Positions 20,935 to 31,695 of a stretch of 64,000 bases of DNA are shown here, one piece after another. Below the pieces are notes generated by a model that searched no databases, was not told where the DNA came from, and worked only from the letters and a program-made list of their open reading frames with translations. The DNA is taken from assembly GCA_965214705.1 (NCBI GenBank), contig OZ243972.1, positions 2,976,001 through 3,040,000 of the forward strand, read 5' to 3'. The position numbers and the translations under genes were made by a program. Position 1 is the first letter of the stretch. The number at the start of each line of letters is the position of its first letter. The DNA comes from Alphaproteobacteria bacterium. Its GTDB lineage: Bacteria; Pseudomonadota; Alphaproteobacteria; UBA828.

Positions 20935-22608
20935 CTCGCGCGCTCACGGCGCTCCTCAAGAAATCCCCGTCGTAGTCAAGCCAGATTCCGGTATGGGGTC
21001 TGCGTACCGCTTACGGCACTCAGATGGCCGACGAGCGCGAGCCGCTGATGTGGGGCCTGACCAACATGCTGCACTCACAGGTCACACGCCTCGACCGCGC
21101 CGTCGACCGCATCGCGCCCGAGATGAAGGACCTCGAGAAGGCGCAGGATGGATCGGAGGTCAAGGCGTGGGAGCTGCAGACCCTCACGGACCGTGCGCAG
21201 AACCTTGGCGATAGGCGCGACGCCTTCGAGAAGCTCCGCGACCTCGCCGCCGACGCCTACCGCGTCGAGACCGGCGACGTCTGGCGCCCAAGGCACGGAT
21301 CGCACGCGAGTCAGACCGGCACGCTGACCTCCGCCGCCATCGACGCACGCGACTTCAGGCGCGCCCGCAAGGACCGCGAGACACGGGCGCACCTTCCCGA
21401 GGGCACCCTGGTCGCCGTCACCGGCGGCAAGACCGTCAGCGATGCCGACGCCGTCTGGAGCACGCTCGACATGGCGCGCGCGAAGTACGGCGACATGGTG
21501 CTGCTACATGGCGGCGGTCCCGGCGTCGAGAAGATCGCGGCAAGCTGGGCAGAGGCCAGAGGCGTCAACCAGGTCATCTGCCGCCCGGACTGGAACGCCC
21601 ACGGCAAGGCCGCGCCCTTCCGTCGCAACGACGACCTGCTCAACCTGCTGCCCAAAGGCGTCATCGCCTTCCCCGGCAGCGGGATCACCGGCAACCTCGT
21701 CGACAAAGCTCGGCAGCTGGGGATACCGGTCATGAAGGTTCAGCTCGCCGCATGACAATGGCGCCACCTGTCCACTACGAGCCGATCGCTGCCTCCGCGG
21801 CGATCGGCTCCCCCTTTTTCGCCGTGCCCCCCTCGCGCATCGCGGCTCGGCGCATCCGCGCCTGCGCCGCTCGCGCTCGAACCGCCAACCCTCCCGGACG
21901 CGGCCTCGGCATCGCTGCCGTCACGGTGCTGCGCACCGTCGACGGACGCTCGCCTCATGGCAGCGAGACCGACCGCGGCGACGTCCGCGCGGCCTCGCCC
22001 GCGCTCCTACTTCACGTCGCCGTCGCCGACCGGTGTACCGGCGCGTGCATCGGCCTCGCCCGTTCGCTTGTGACGATGACGACAACGATGGCGAAGGTGC
22101 GCCCAAGAGTGCGGCCGTTGTCGCCGTGCTGACCTTTACCTCCGCGAGATGAACTGCGAGACCCCTGTGCAGACTCCCCGTCAGCGCCGCCGCCGATGGC
22201 GACAAGCGCCGTGACGCCTCGCCAGACATTGGTGCAGCCGAGCCTGAACGGCCCGGCATCACCACGCCCGCCACTCGCGACGAACATGGTGATCGGATCG
22301 CCACGCCCTTCGTGATCGCCGAGCTTCTGCGCTTCGACCCGGTTGCCGTCCAGCCAACCGTCGCCTGGTCGCCGCGGTCGCACGACCGCCTGCCGCAGAC
22401 TATCCTCCCCGCCTTCGAATCAGGGCTGGCCCTGACCCCTCTTCTCGCCCCCCTCAAGTCCCGGCTCTACGGCGGAGCCGCTTTCACCCTCACACCCCAC
22501 GCGCCTGAAGGCGCAGAGCTATTTTGAGGCGACATAGCCTGACATGGCCGGACACGATAGGACAGAATTGTAGCGAATCCACAGGCGGTGGCGTTGGAAC
22601 GAGCGAAG

Positions 22609-22678
22609 TACATTGAAATACGGCCCCTAGCCGCCTGATTGGACGCATGTCTTGACATGTGAAATACATTGAAATACG
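22609..22678. repeat. 14-bp direct repeat plus palindrome in an AT-richer intergenic region
   Basis: TACATTGAAATACG at 22609 and 22665; CATGTC-TT-GACATG at 22646-22659. Confidence 0.6.
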
Positions 22679-23098
22679 AAGGGGCTTTGCGACTCCAACC
22701 GTCCCGTAGTTCTTTGAAACACGCGACTTGCAGGGGCTGACAGGGCGACACATGTCCGCAATCCGGACCACGAAAAGATGAACGCCCAGCGAGATCGCGT
22801 TGCGGGAGAACGCTGTCGTGACGAACAAGAACAAGACAAAACCCCGCTCCAAGGCCCAAGTCGATGAGAAACCGACCGGGCCTCGCTCGCCGCGAACCAT
22901 CAGATTCACAGATGCCGAGTGGGCGAAGGTCCAGCGCGCCGCAGAAGCAGCCAACATTTCAACCGCCACGTTCGCCTGCAACGTCGTCCTGCACGCCGCT
23001 GACGAATTCACCACCGCCTCCGGTGGAGCCCTTCCGCCCGGCATTCTGGAGCTGGTCAAGCGCACCTATCGCAGCGCCTACATCCTGTCGACTCTGAA

Positions 23099-25258
23099 CC
23101 CAAGTTGGCACTTTTCCGCTGCCTGTGTTCCCTATTGGTTTGATTCAACGCGATATTTTTCTCGGTCGATTCCAACATGGCCCCACATTTTGTGAGATTC
23201 TGTCAGCTCATCAGACGGGTCCTCGTGCGGTGGATGGCGGGGTCCACGCCCGCCGCCGAGGAGATTGCGGCAACCTCGGCGGCCGGGCGCGTGTCCTGGC
23301 GGTTGACGATCAAGGTGCCGTCGGTCTGGCGCAGGCGCGTGGTGATCCGCACCCAGGTCCGCATGCTCTCGCGGATCGACGCCCAGCACTTGTGGATGCC
23401 GCGCGCGGCCAGCCGGGTACGGATCAGATGCACGGCGTGGTAGGCCAGCACGGCGATCAGCAGGTGGGCCGCGATGCGCCGGTCGAGCTGGTGCCAGATC
23501 GGGCGAAGGCCGAGCTCGGATTTCAGGCTCCGGAATGTCGCCTCGATATCCGTGATCCGCCAGTACGTCCGCAGGACCGTCTCGATGTCCCAGTCGACGT
23601 GGCTGGTGCGCAGCACATAGGCACCGGCGCCCTCATCGGCCTCGTCGTATCGCGGCCTGCGCTTGAAGCGCACGGCGGTGGCATTGGGGCCGGTTTTCGC
23701 CCTCTCGACCGTGATCTCGTAGTGCCTGGCGACGGCGGAGAAGCGCTGCTTGAGGCGGCCTATGCTCTCCAGCACCTTGTCGTAGCGCTTGAGGCGGCCC
23801 TTGACCGGGAGGCCGCCGTGGAGCCTTTCCAGCGCCGCCTCGAAGCGGTTCCGCCTCAGGCCGATGATCGCGTTCTCGGCCTTCTTCTTGCCCTCGCTGA
23901 CGACGTAGAGCCGCGCCTCGCCGTCCTCGCTGGCAAGCCGCCAGGCCCGCACCTCGTGGCGCGCGCTGGTGATCAGCAGGGCCTCGGGTCCGCCCTCGGG
24001 CGGCGCAGGCCTGGCACCGCGGCTGACCGCGATCCAGTCGTAGCCCTGCTCGCCCAGCCACGCGATGTTTTTCTCGGTGGCGATGCCCGCGTCCATGACC
24101 ACCGTGGGCTTCGGCGCCGTGCCGCCGCACACCGCCTCGAGCCGCGCCAGCGCCTCGTGCAGCGTGCCCGGCTCGCTCACGTTGCCCGGCAGGATCTCGC
24201 AACTGCGCGGGAAGCCCGCGCCGTCGAGCGCCAGCGCCAGCGTGATGAGGGGACAGTCGTCGCGCTTCTGCTTGGAGCGCCCGAACCTGGGAAGCTCGCC
24301 GCCCGTGTGGCCGTGGTAGTGGACGTTGGTGAGATCGTAGAAGGCGATCGTCTCGGGCAGGTCGAGCAGTGCGCGCTCACGGTTGAACAGCTCCCGCTGG
24401 ATGGCGGCGCGGTGGCGCCAGAGCAGGTCGCCGATGCGGTAGAGCGTCTTGCGCCGCAGCGCCTTGCGGTCGCCCTCCAGGCCCAGGAGCTCGGCGGCCG
24501 CGCTGTCGTGGCGGAGCCAGCGGCTGGTATCACGCTCGCTGGCGGGATGGACCATCCTGGCGACGATCAGCGCGCTGGCGATGCGCCCGTCGCGGCCCTT
24601 GATGTCGAGGCCGTGGAGGATTTCGGCGAAGCCGAGGGCGTCGAGGGCCTTGAGGCACAGGCGCTCGCAGCCGACGGTGCGCGGGTTCTCGTGCTCCAGG
24701 GTATCGAGGTCGACGGTGGCGATGTCGGGCTTGCGCGCCTCTTCCTGCATCGCCTCGACGCGGAACCCCCTGGCCCTGAGCTTGGCGACGATGTCCTCGG
24801 CTGCGGCCCGCACATCCGCCTCGCCCTCGAACAGCGGCGGCTTGCCGTGAAGCAGCGCCTCGGCGAGTTCGGTGACGGCCTTCCACTTCTCGCGCGGCAC
24901 CGGATAGTCGGTGCCGAGATTGAGCAGCGTCCTGTGGCGCACCTTGTCGCCGACGCGCTGGGCGAGCACGAGGCGATGGCTTCGGACCGGCTGGCCGGCC
25001 TTGTCGGTGTGTGTCCTGGTTGCCTTGATGTACATGGCGGCGCCGTTTCTGCGATGCCTGTTTCGCATACACGGCGTTCGCGGCATCTGGCAAGAGGGAT
25101 ATCGACTCAACCCCAAAGTCCTGGCCCCACAATTGGCTTCCAGGACCACGAATGGCAAATGTGGGTCTCAGGTGTCCTCCAACCCCAACATCTAGTGGTT
25201 CAGCGCCGCAAAACTGGCTCGAACAGGCTCGGCTGGTCGGAAAAAGTGCCAACTTGGG
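23099..25258 (-). mobile_element. IS1634-family insertion sequence (copy A, complete)
   Basis: IRs CCCAAGTTGGCACTTTT / AAAAGTGCCAACTTGGG; flanking TGAA duplication. Confidence 0.9.
23203..25035 (-). CDS. IS1634-family transposase
   Basis: FYDLTN, FGRSKQKRDD, VVMDAG, IEATFRSLKSELGLRPIWHQ. Confidence 0.92.
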   Translation of the reverse strand: MYIKATRTHTDKAGQPVRSHRLVLAQRVGDKVRHRTLLNLGTDYPVPREKWKAVTELAEALLHGKPPLFEGEADVRAAAEDIVAKLRARGFRVEAMQEEARKPDIATVDLDTLEHENPRTVGCERLCLKALDALGFAEILHGLDIKGRDGRIASALIVARMVHPASERDTSRWLRHDSAAAELLGLEGDRKALRRKTLYRIGDLLWRHRAAIQRELFNRERALLDLPETIAFYDLTNVHYHGHTGGELPRFGRSKQKRDDCPLITLALALDGAGFPRSCEILPGNVSEPGTLHEALARLEAVCGGTAPKPTVVMDAGIATEKNIAWLGEQGYDWIAVSRGARPAPPEGGPEALLITSARHEVRAWRLASEDGEARLYVVSEGKKKAENAIIGLRRNRFEAALERLHGGLPVKGRLKRYDKVLESIGRLKQRFSAVARHYEITVERAKTGPNATAVRFKRRPRYDEADEGAGAYVLRTSHVDWDIETVLRTYWRITDIEATFRSLKSELGLRPIWHQLDRRIAAHLLIAVLAYHAVHLIRTRLAARGIHKCWASIRESMRTWVRITTRLRQTDGTLIVNRQDTRPAAEVAAISSAAGVDPAIHRTRTRLMS

Positions 25259-25399
25259 TGAAGCGGGACGAGATGATGCGCGAGGGACGGCAGGAAGAGC
25301 TTGAACTCACTGTCCAGGCGGCACGGAATGCCGAGGCTCAGGTCCTGGGCGATTCATCCGACTAGTTCCGCAGCACCCGCACCCCTGTCTTCCGGCGCG

Positions 25400-25622
25400 A
25401 CATTCATCGAAGGGCTTGACGGGATCGACCGCATCGAACTGCTCCCCGTCTCCGACTAACGCGACCAAGGCATGCACAGCTCATAGGCGATCCTGAGCAA
25501 GTCGCGAGCCTGGACGGTCGACGCCAACGAATCCTCGTCAATCACCAAGACATCCTTGGCGAAAGCTTCCCGTAAGTCGCGGTCGCCCCAGCGCGTGAAC
25601 CTTCGCTCGGCGACACCGTCAT
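25400..25622 (-). pseudogene. relic of a MobF/TraI-type relaxase helicase domain
   Basis: Hand translation FAKDVLVIDEDSLASTVQARDLLRIA, frameshift, then VALVGDGEQFDAVDPVKPF (RecD-like motifs II and III). Confidence 0.7.
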
Positions 25623-26177
25623 GCGCACCTGCGGTGCTAATGTACTGACATAGCGTTTCTTTTTCCCTCCTGTTGTAGCCGATGGGCGCGAATTCGGTCC
25701 GCGTATTCGCCCCGTCTTGAACTAGGAATGCAGGAGGAATCTCTATGGCAACGCTTCACCTCAGTCGACGCCGCGTCGGTTCGCTCAAGCCCCGCAAGTC
25801 CACCTACGACATTCGCGACCGTGAACTCAAGGGCTTCGGCGTAAGGGTCCTGCCCTCGGGCGCCAAGCGCTACCTCATCCATAGCCAGCACAATGGTTGT
25901 CGCGTCTGGAAGATCGTCGGCCAAGCCGGGTCCATCGGCGTCGACGAGGCCCGCGAGCGGGCGAGAGCCATGCTGGCCTCGATCCGGAATGGAAACGACG
26001 CGGACGTTGTGGCCACGCCTGACACCGTGTTCGAGACAGTCGCCGACGAAGTGTTCCGGCGCTACGCCCGGAACTGGAAGCCGTCGACGCTCAAGGTCAA
26101 TCAAGGATACTACCGCAAGCAAATCCTGCCCTGGTTCCAGGGACGCCCTATCGCCGACATCACCGCCCAAGGTTAAG

Positions 26178-28269
26178 CCGAACTTCCAGTGTGGGATAGT
26201 CAAAGAACCGTTGTGCGGCAGGGGTTTCGGCGAGTTTCGAAGCGACGATTACTGGACAGGTTTGGCGGTGGTCATCCCCTTTTCGGTGAGCGCGGGCGCA
26301 GGATGGGGCCGCAGCCCGAGCAATGCGAACGCCCTTTCCTGCAGTTCGGTCGGCTTGGTCAGGGCGGGCACGGCGAAGTCGGTTCCGGTGGCGATCTCAG
26401 TGGCAGCAAGCGTGCCGAGATGGCCGAGGAGATCGCGGAAGTCGCACACCGCAAGTCCATCATCCGTCTTTCGGCGCTTGTCCTTGCGCCGGGCCTTTTC
26501 CGAGCGTTCCGGCGGCGCCACCGGGTTCGCGGACAGCGGCGCTCCGTCCTCCTCGGCGAACAGCAGCGGCGCCAGCCTGCGGCGCATGTGCCACTCGACA
26601 TACCAAGCCAGCATGCAGATCAGAAGATGCGCCCGTACTCGGTCGTCGCGCCAGTGGAAGATCGGGCGGATCCGCAACGACACCGTCTTGAGCGAGCGGA
26701 AGGCGCGCTCGACGCGTGACAGGCTCTTGTAGACGCGGACCGCCTCGACGTCCTCGATCTCGTCCTCGTCCACGTTGGTGCGTATGACGTAGAGACCGTC
26801 GAGGGCGGCCTCGGCGTCGATCGACGCCCGGTCGCGTTCGCAACTGAAGGTGCCGCTGCCCTCGTCGAATTCGAAGCGGAAGTGCTTGGCCATCTTGCGG
26901 CGGCGCAAGGTTCCCAGCCGACGGTTCAACTCGTCGCGGTCGATGTCGCCGGCGGCGTGGCGCGCGGCGAAATCGCGCGCGTCCGTCTCGGTCGCATTGA
27001 GCAGCCCGTCGCGGTTGCGCTTGCGCTCGGCCGCCAGAACCGGGTTGTAGCAGACGATCAGCCTCTCGCCGGGATAGTCCGGCGTGGTCACCCGCGCGAG
27101 GCCCCAGGTGTCGAACAGGCCGGGCGTGACATGCCCCCGGTCGACGAGCTTGCGGATCGAGGATGCGCGCAGCGCCGTGATCCAGTCGATGCCGTTGGGC
27201 GCGAGGTCGCGGTCGATGCGGGTCTGCGCGATCATGCCGCGGTCCCCCACCAACACCACCCGCCGGATGCCGAAGCTGTCGCGGACCTTGCGCACCTGGC
27301 TGGCCAGAGTCATCGGGTCGCCGGTGTTGCCGGCGAAGGCCTCGATCGAGACCGGACAGCCATCGCGGGTGCAGAGGAGGCCGTAGACGATCTGCGGGCG
27401 GTCGCCCCGGCGATCCCTCGAATAGCCGCGCTTCGCCATGGGGCAGGCGTTGCCCTCCATGTAGCTCGAGGACACGTCGTAGAGGACGAGATCGTCCTCT
27501 CCGAGATGGCGCCGGGCGAGCTTGCGCTCGATCGCGCCCTGTCGCGCGCCCAGCCAGTCCATGGCGGCGTAGAGTTCGTCGACGCTGACGCCTTCGACGC
27601 CGAGCAGGGCGGCGAGGGTGGTTGTGCCGGCCGCTCCCAGTTCGCGCTCGACGCGCAGCTTGGCGCCGGGCCGGATCAGGCGGGCGACGATCATGGCGAT
27701 GACGAGGGCCCTGCGGCGATCGGGCCGGTGGAAGATGACGCGGTCGAGGCCGATGTCGCGAAGGGTGCCGAGAACGGCGCTGACGGCGCCGTGCGCCCGG
27801 CTGGCGCGCAGTTCGACGTCGGCGCTGTCGGGATTGAGGGCGGGTCCGCGCTTGAGGGCGCGTTTGAGGGCTTCGATGGCGTGTTCCGGGAGGGCGGAGA
27901 GGTTGCACAGGGTGCGCTTCTTGGGTTTTCCGTCCTGCCAGTAGGACTGTCTGAGGAGGTGGCAGCGGGAGTTTCCGGACCGGGTGGTTTCGATGTGCAT
28001 ATCGATCTGCCTAGCGAATCGCGGCAATCATATCGGAAAGGCTTGGGAATGCGGAGCAATTATCGTAACGAGAAAACTATCTACTGACTAGTATTCAGGT
28101 TTTGGTGGATGCGCCGGGACGGCGTGATCCAGCGCTGGAGCGCCGAATCGCGGCGGTTTCGGCGATCATTTCGGGAATTTCGCGCCAAACCGGGCGCTAA
28201 ACTGCGCAGAAAGGGCGGAAACAGGCAAAATCCGGCCAGATCGGCAATCAGATGCTAACGGAAGTTCGG
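26178..28269 (-). mobile_element. second, distinct IS1634-family insertion sequence
   Basis: IRs CCGAACTTCC / GGAAGTTCGG; 6-bp TSD GTTAAG at 26172-26177 and 28270-28275. Confidence 0.9.
26249..28000 (-). CDS. IS1634-family transposase
   Basis: LYDVSSSY, GYSRD, VGDRGM, VERAFRSLK..IRPIFH. Confidence 0.92.
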   Translation of the reverse strand: MHIETTRSGNSRCHLLRQSYWQDGKPKKRTLCNLSALPEHAIEALKRALKRGPALNPDSADVELRASRAHGAVSAVLGTLRDIGLDRVIFHRPDRRRALVIAMIVARLIRPGAKLRVERELGAAGTTTLAALLGVEGVSVDELYAAMDWLGARQGAIERKLARRHLGEDDLVLYDVSSSYMEGNACPMAKRGYSRDRRGDRPQIVYGLLCTRDGCPVSIEAFAGNTGDPMTLASQVRKVRDSFGIRRVVLVGDRGMIAQTRIDRDLAPNGIDWITALRASSIRKLVDRGHVTPGLFDTWGLARVTTPDYPGERLIVCYNPVLAAERKRNRDGLLNATETDARDFAARHAAGDIDRDELNRRLGTLRRRKMAKHFRFEFDEGSGTFSCERDRASIDAEAALDGLYVIRTNVDEDEIEDVEAVRVYKSLSRVERAFRSLKTVSLRIRPIFHWRDDRVRAHLLICMLAWYVEWHMRRRLAPLLFAEEDGAPLSANPVAPPERSEKARRKDKRRKTDDGLAVCDFRDLLGHLGTLAATEIATGTDFAVPALTKPTELQERAFALLGLRPHPAPALTEKGMTTAKPVQ

Positions 28270-28576
28270 GTTAAGGGTTGGGCAGGCTCTCTCTCGAGAG
28301 CCTGCCCAACCCTTTTGAACGAAGCCGCGGGCCACGAGAGGCGAAGTTGAGCTATGTGGAAAGTGCGCTGATGTCAGCGTCAGGCGGCATCCACCGGCAG
28401 CAGAGTTGCGCATAAAATCGACGCTCGCGCCGGTCTTTCGGCAGGCATGCGGGCGCACGCTGCGAGGACTGAGCGGGGTGTGAGCCGAGGGCTGTCAGCC
28501 CGGCTCAAGCGGAGACAGGTTCGGTCGTGCGTCGGCGCTTTGGCGCCGTTGCGCGGGGCCGAAGCGAGCGGGCGTC

Positions 28577-29820
28577 TCACGGTTTCCCCCTGTGGGTCGG
28601 CGGCAGCGCCGGCGGGCCGCGCGTCGAGCGGGGCTCATGGCGGCGGCGGATTTCGCGGACGAGGCGCATGACGCCGCCGCAGTGGGGGCAGGCCACGGGC
28701 GCGGTGCCGATCTCGGGCTCTTCGTCGGGCTCGGCCCGAGCGCCGTCCACGCTTCCCTCGGGGGCGGCGCAGCCGAGGGCGCCGAGAGCCTGGCGTGCTC
28801 TCTCCAGCGTGCTGGCGCGGCAGCCGTTGGCGAGGATGCCGAAGTAGCGAATGCGGTGCATGCCGTCCGGCAGGACGTGCCTCAGGAAGCGGCGGATGAA
28901 CTCGTCGGCGCTCACGGTGGCGATGCCGTAGCGCGGCTTTCTCTGCCCCGGCGCCTTGGGCTTTCGGTGGCGGAAGGAGACCGTCTCGCCGTCGAAGGAG
29001 ACGATGCGGCTGTCGGAGATGGCGATCCTGTGCGTGTAGTGCGAGAGGTACCGGAAGACCTGCTCAGGCCCGCGGAAGGGCCGCTTGGCGTAGACCACCC
29101 AGTCCCTGGCCCGGGCGGCGGCAAGCGTGGCGTGGAACTCGCCGGGATTGGCGAGGTGGGCGACGGTGCCGTGGAACTCCAGGTCCCCCCGGCCGTGGGC
29201 GCGGGCGAGCTCCTCGAGGAAGAGGCGGCGGAACAGGCTGCCGAGGACCTTGACGGGGGCGAGGAAGGTGGTGCTCCCCGTCTTCCACTCGCCACTGTCT
29301 ACGTCGAAGCCCGCGTTGGGCACGACCACGTGCAGGTGCGGGTGGAAGCGGAGCTTCTGATCCCAGGTATGGAGGACCGCGGTGCCGCCGATGCGCATGC
29401 CGCCGTGGCGGGGATCGGCGGCGATGGTGCGCAGGGTCTCGGCGACGGCCCGGAAGAGGATGTCGAACACCACCCTGCGGTTGCAGAAGGCAATGGCGGC
29501 AACCTCCTTGGGCAGGGTGAAGACCACATGGAAGTAGGGCACCGGCAGGATGTCCCCGGCGCGCTCCTCGCTCCAGAGGTTGGCGGCGAGACCCTGGCAG
29601 GTGGGGCAGTGGCGGTTGCGGCAGGAGTTCTGAAGAGCGGATGCTCGCGCCCGCAGCCCTCGCAGGCGTACATGTGGCCGCCGAGCACGGCGGTGCGGCA
29701 CGCCTCGATGGCGCCCATGACCTTGAGCCGGGCGGCGTCGATGCGCCCTTTGTGGCGCTCACGGAAAGCGGCGCCGGCGCGGCGGAAGATCTCCGCCACG
29801 CCCGCGCGTTCGGCCTCCAC
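28577..29820 (-). pseudogene. IS91-family HUH (Y2) transposase, frameshifted
   Basis: 2-bp insertion near 29630 relative to the intact copy; SCRNRHCP.C, HPHLH, YLSHY. Confidence 0.88.
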
Positions 29821-29826
29821 GCGCCG

Positions 29827-30705
29827 TCAGTTGCGCAACGCTGCGAAGCCTGAGATCGGGTGGTCGAGGCCCTCGAACATCTTGCCGGTGACGCGGGCGT
29901 AGTGACGGGTCGTGTTCGCGCTTCGATGGCCGAGCATGTCCCGGATCACCTCGATATCGCCGCCGCGCTCGAGGAGATGGGTCGCCGCCGAATGGCGCAG
30001 GCAATGGAAGGTGTAGCTGCGGTCGAGCTCGGCAATGTCGCGCGCCCTCCTGAAGGCGGCCTGCAAGGTCTCCGTTGCGATGGGCCTGTCGAGCGAGACG
30101 CCGTAGAAGAGCCAGCTCGTCGGACGCGGCCAGATGTTCCTGTAGTAGACGCGCAAGTAGTGGATGACGATGTCCGGCAACGGTGCCATTCTCTCGGTGC
30201 CGCCTTTGCCGGAGGGGATGTGCAGCAGCTTCTTCTCCGACAGGATGTCGCCGACCTTGATGGCCAAGGTCTCGGAGATGCGGAGCCCGCCGCCATAGCC
30301 GGTGACAATGGCAGCACGGTGGCGGAGGTCGGGTGTCGCAAGGATGAGGTGCTCGACCTCCTGCTCCGACATGTAGCGCGGCAGCTTGCCGGGCTTCTTG
30401 CGGGAGCGCAGGCCGGCGACATGGTCAGGCCAGCCGAGTGTGTCGATGTAGAGGAAGTTCAGCGCGGCGAAGGAGACGTTGGTCGTGCCCGGACTGAGCC
30501 CCTTGTCGATCCGCCCCAGGTACCACTGGCGCACCTGCTCGGCGTCGAGCTCGTCCGGCGAGGCGTCGTAGTACCTGGCCAGGTTCTTGATCTCGCAGAT
30601 GTAGGCCTTGGACGTGCTCGCGGCCAGATTGGCGATGCGGAGCTGCTCCTCCATGCGCTGGCGAAGAGGGGTGACGGTGTTCGTGTCGCACGCGGTCCCG
30701 GTCAT
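29827..30705 (-). CDS. tyrosine recombinase associated with the IS91-like transposase
   Basis: PLRQRM.., GLRISE, GKGG, HCLRHS.ATHLLE, LGH, Y. Confidence 0.9.
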   Translation of the reverse strand: MTGTACDTNTVTPLRQRMEEQLRIANLAASTSKAYICEIKNLARYYDASPDELDAEQVRQWYLGRIDKGLSPGTTNVSFAALNFLYIDTLGWPDHVAGLRSRKKPGKLPRYMSEQEVEHLILATPDLRHRAAIVTGYGGGLRISETLAIKVGDILSEKKLLHIPSGKGGTERMAPLPDIVIHYLRVYYRNIWPRPTSWLFYGVSLDRPIATETLQAAFRRARDIAELDRSYTFHCLRHSAATHLLERGGDIEVIRDMLGHRSANTTRHYARVTGKMFEGLDHPISGFAALRN

Positions 30706-31695
30706 TATCGATCTCCCTGGATCGCGACGGCGCGCCGCCGGACCGATCCGGCGACGGTCCGTCGCAGGGGTCGATGCTAACCACTGGTGATCGGGAGGCT
30801 GCTGGGGATCCGCCACCCGACGGGCGGAGCGCCACTGACGCAACCGGGAAGCGAACGCACAGAACAAACGGCACCCGCGACGCCTCGGAAATGAATGAAC
30901 TCTACGCCGCTAACTCCGCGTAGCGGCTTCGTTCAAGACGTCAAGCAATGGTTCGCGTCCCCTCACATTACCCCGGTGGCGGCAGACCGCTCGGCCCGCA
31001 TCCTGTCAGTCATCATGCGCCAGGCCGAGGTCTACGGCTACCGGCCGGAGGGGACCAATCCGTGCAAGGGCATCAAACGATACCGGCGACAGGGACGGGA
31101 GCGCTTCCTGTCGGCCGTGGAGATACGCCGGCTTGGCGAGGTGCTGGCACACTTCGAGGCCGACCACCGGCAGGCTGTGGCGATCATACGGCTGCTGTTG
31201 CTCACCGGATGCCGGAAAGGCGAAATCGTCGCCCTGAAATGGAGCTACTACCGCGAGGGCAAGCTGTTCCTTGCGACAGCAAGTCCGGGCCGCGAACGAT
31301 CTGGCTCTCGTCCGCCGCGCGCGCGATCCTCGACAGCCTGCCTCGCACGACGGCCTGGGTCTTTCCGTCGCCGCGGTCGAACAGCTTCTTGAGCGCGGAG
31401 GCGGTGGACTTGGTCTGGCATCGCGTGAGGGCGGAAGCGGACCTGTGCGATGTCCGCCTTCACGACCAGAGACACACGTACGCGAGCATGGCCTTGGCGC
31501 AAGGCGAGACAGTGCTGACCATCGGCCGGCTGCTTGGACACCGCAACCCGGCAACGGCTCTGAATTACACCCACCTACGCACCTTCGGTTCTAATTGTTT
31601 GAAATAGAGTCGTTTTTTCTCCTCCACCTTGTTGCATCCGGGCGAATTGGGCAACCGTCTGTTCCCCGGCTGCAACCGCAACCGGGAGAACGGAG

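Larger units (their letters stand above)
18263..21014 (+). mobile_element. IS66-family insertion sequence
   Basis: Ends GTAAGCGGTA..TACCGCTTAC; 8-bp TSD GGCACTCA at 18255-18262 and 21015-21022; three-ORF layout. Confidence 0.95.
18069..21755 (+). pseudogene. DUF2493/SLOG-domain protein interrupted by IS66
   Basis: Frame restored across the TSD (..VDGTQ|MADERE..); VAVTGG, LLHGG, AAPFRRND, IAFPGSGITGNLVDKAR. Confidence 0.85.
22818..25365 (+). pseudogene. RHH/MobC-like small DNA-binding protein interrupted by IS1634
   Basis: RTIRFTDAEWAKVQRAAE; frame restored as ..ILSTL|KRDEMM.. once the IS and the TGAA duplication are removed. Confidence 0.65.
26171..30936 (-). mobile_element. tyrosine recombinase + IS91-like transposase element, copy 1 (contains nested IS1634)
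   Basis: Near-identical to 38525-41190; inserted at CAA|G with no TSD. Confidence 0.88.
25745..31607 (+). pseudogene. arm-type tyrosine recombinase 1 (split by the IS91-like element, frameshifted, C-terminally truncated)
   Basis: DRELKGFGVRVLPSG; ..DITAQ|DVKQW..; LLTGCRKGE; frameshift near 31270; HDQRH..LLGH..YTHL. Confidence 0.85.

Noticed and set aside
29827-30936. Integron integrase with attC cassettes
   Set aside because: No IntI-specific insertion or attC array seen; the gene moves as a unit with the IS91-like transposase
30895-30936. ORF-track starts MNSTPLTPRSGFVQ (also at 41149) as real N-termini
   Set aside because: They derive from the IS91-like element end reading into the interrupted genes
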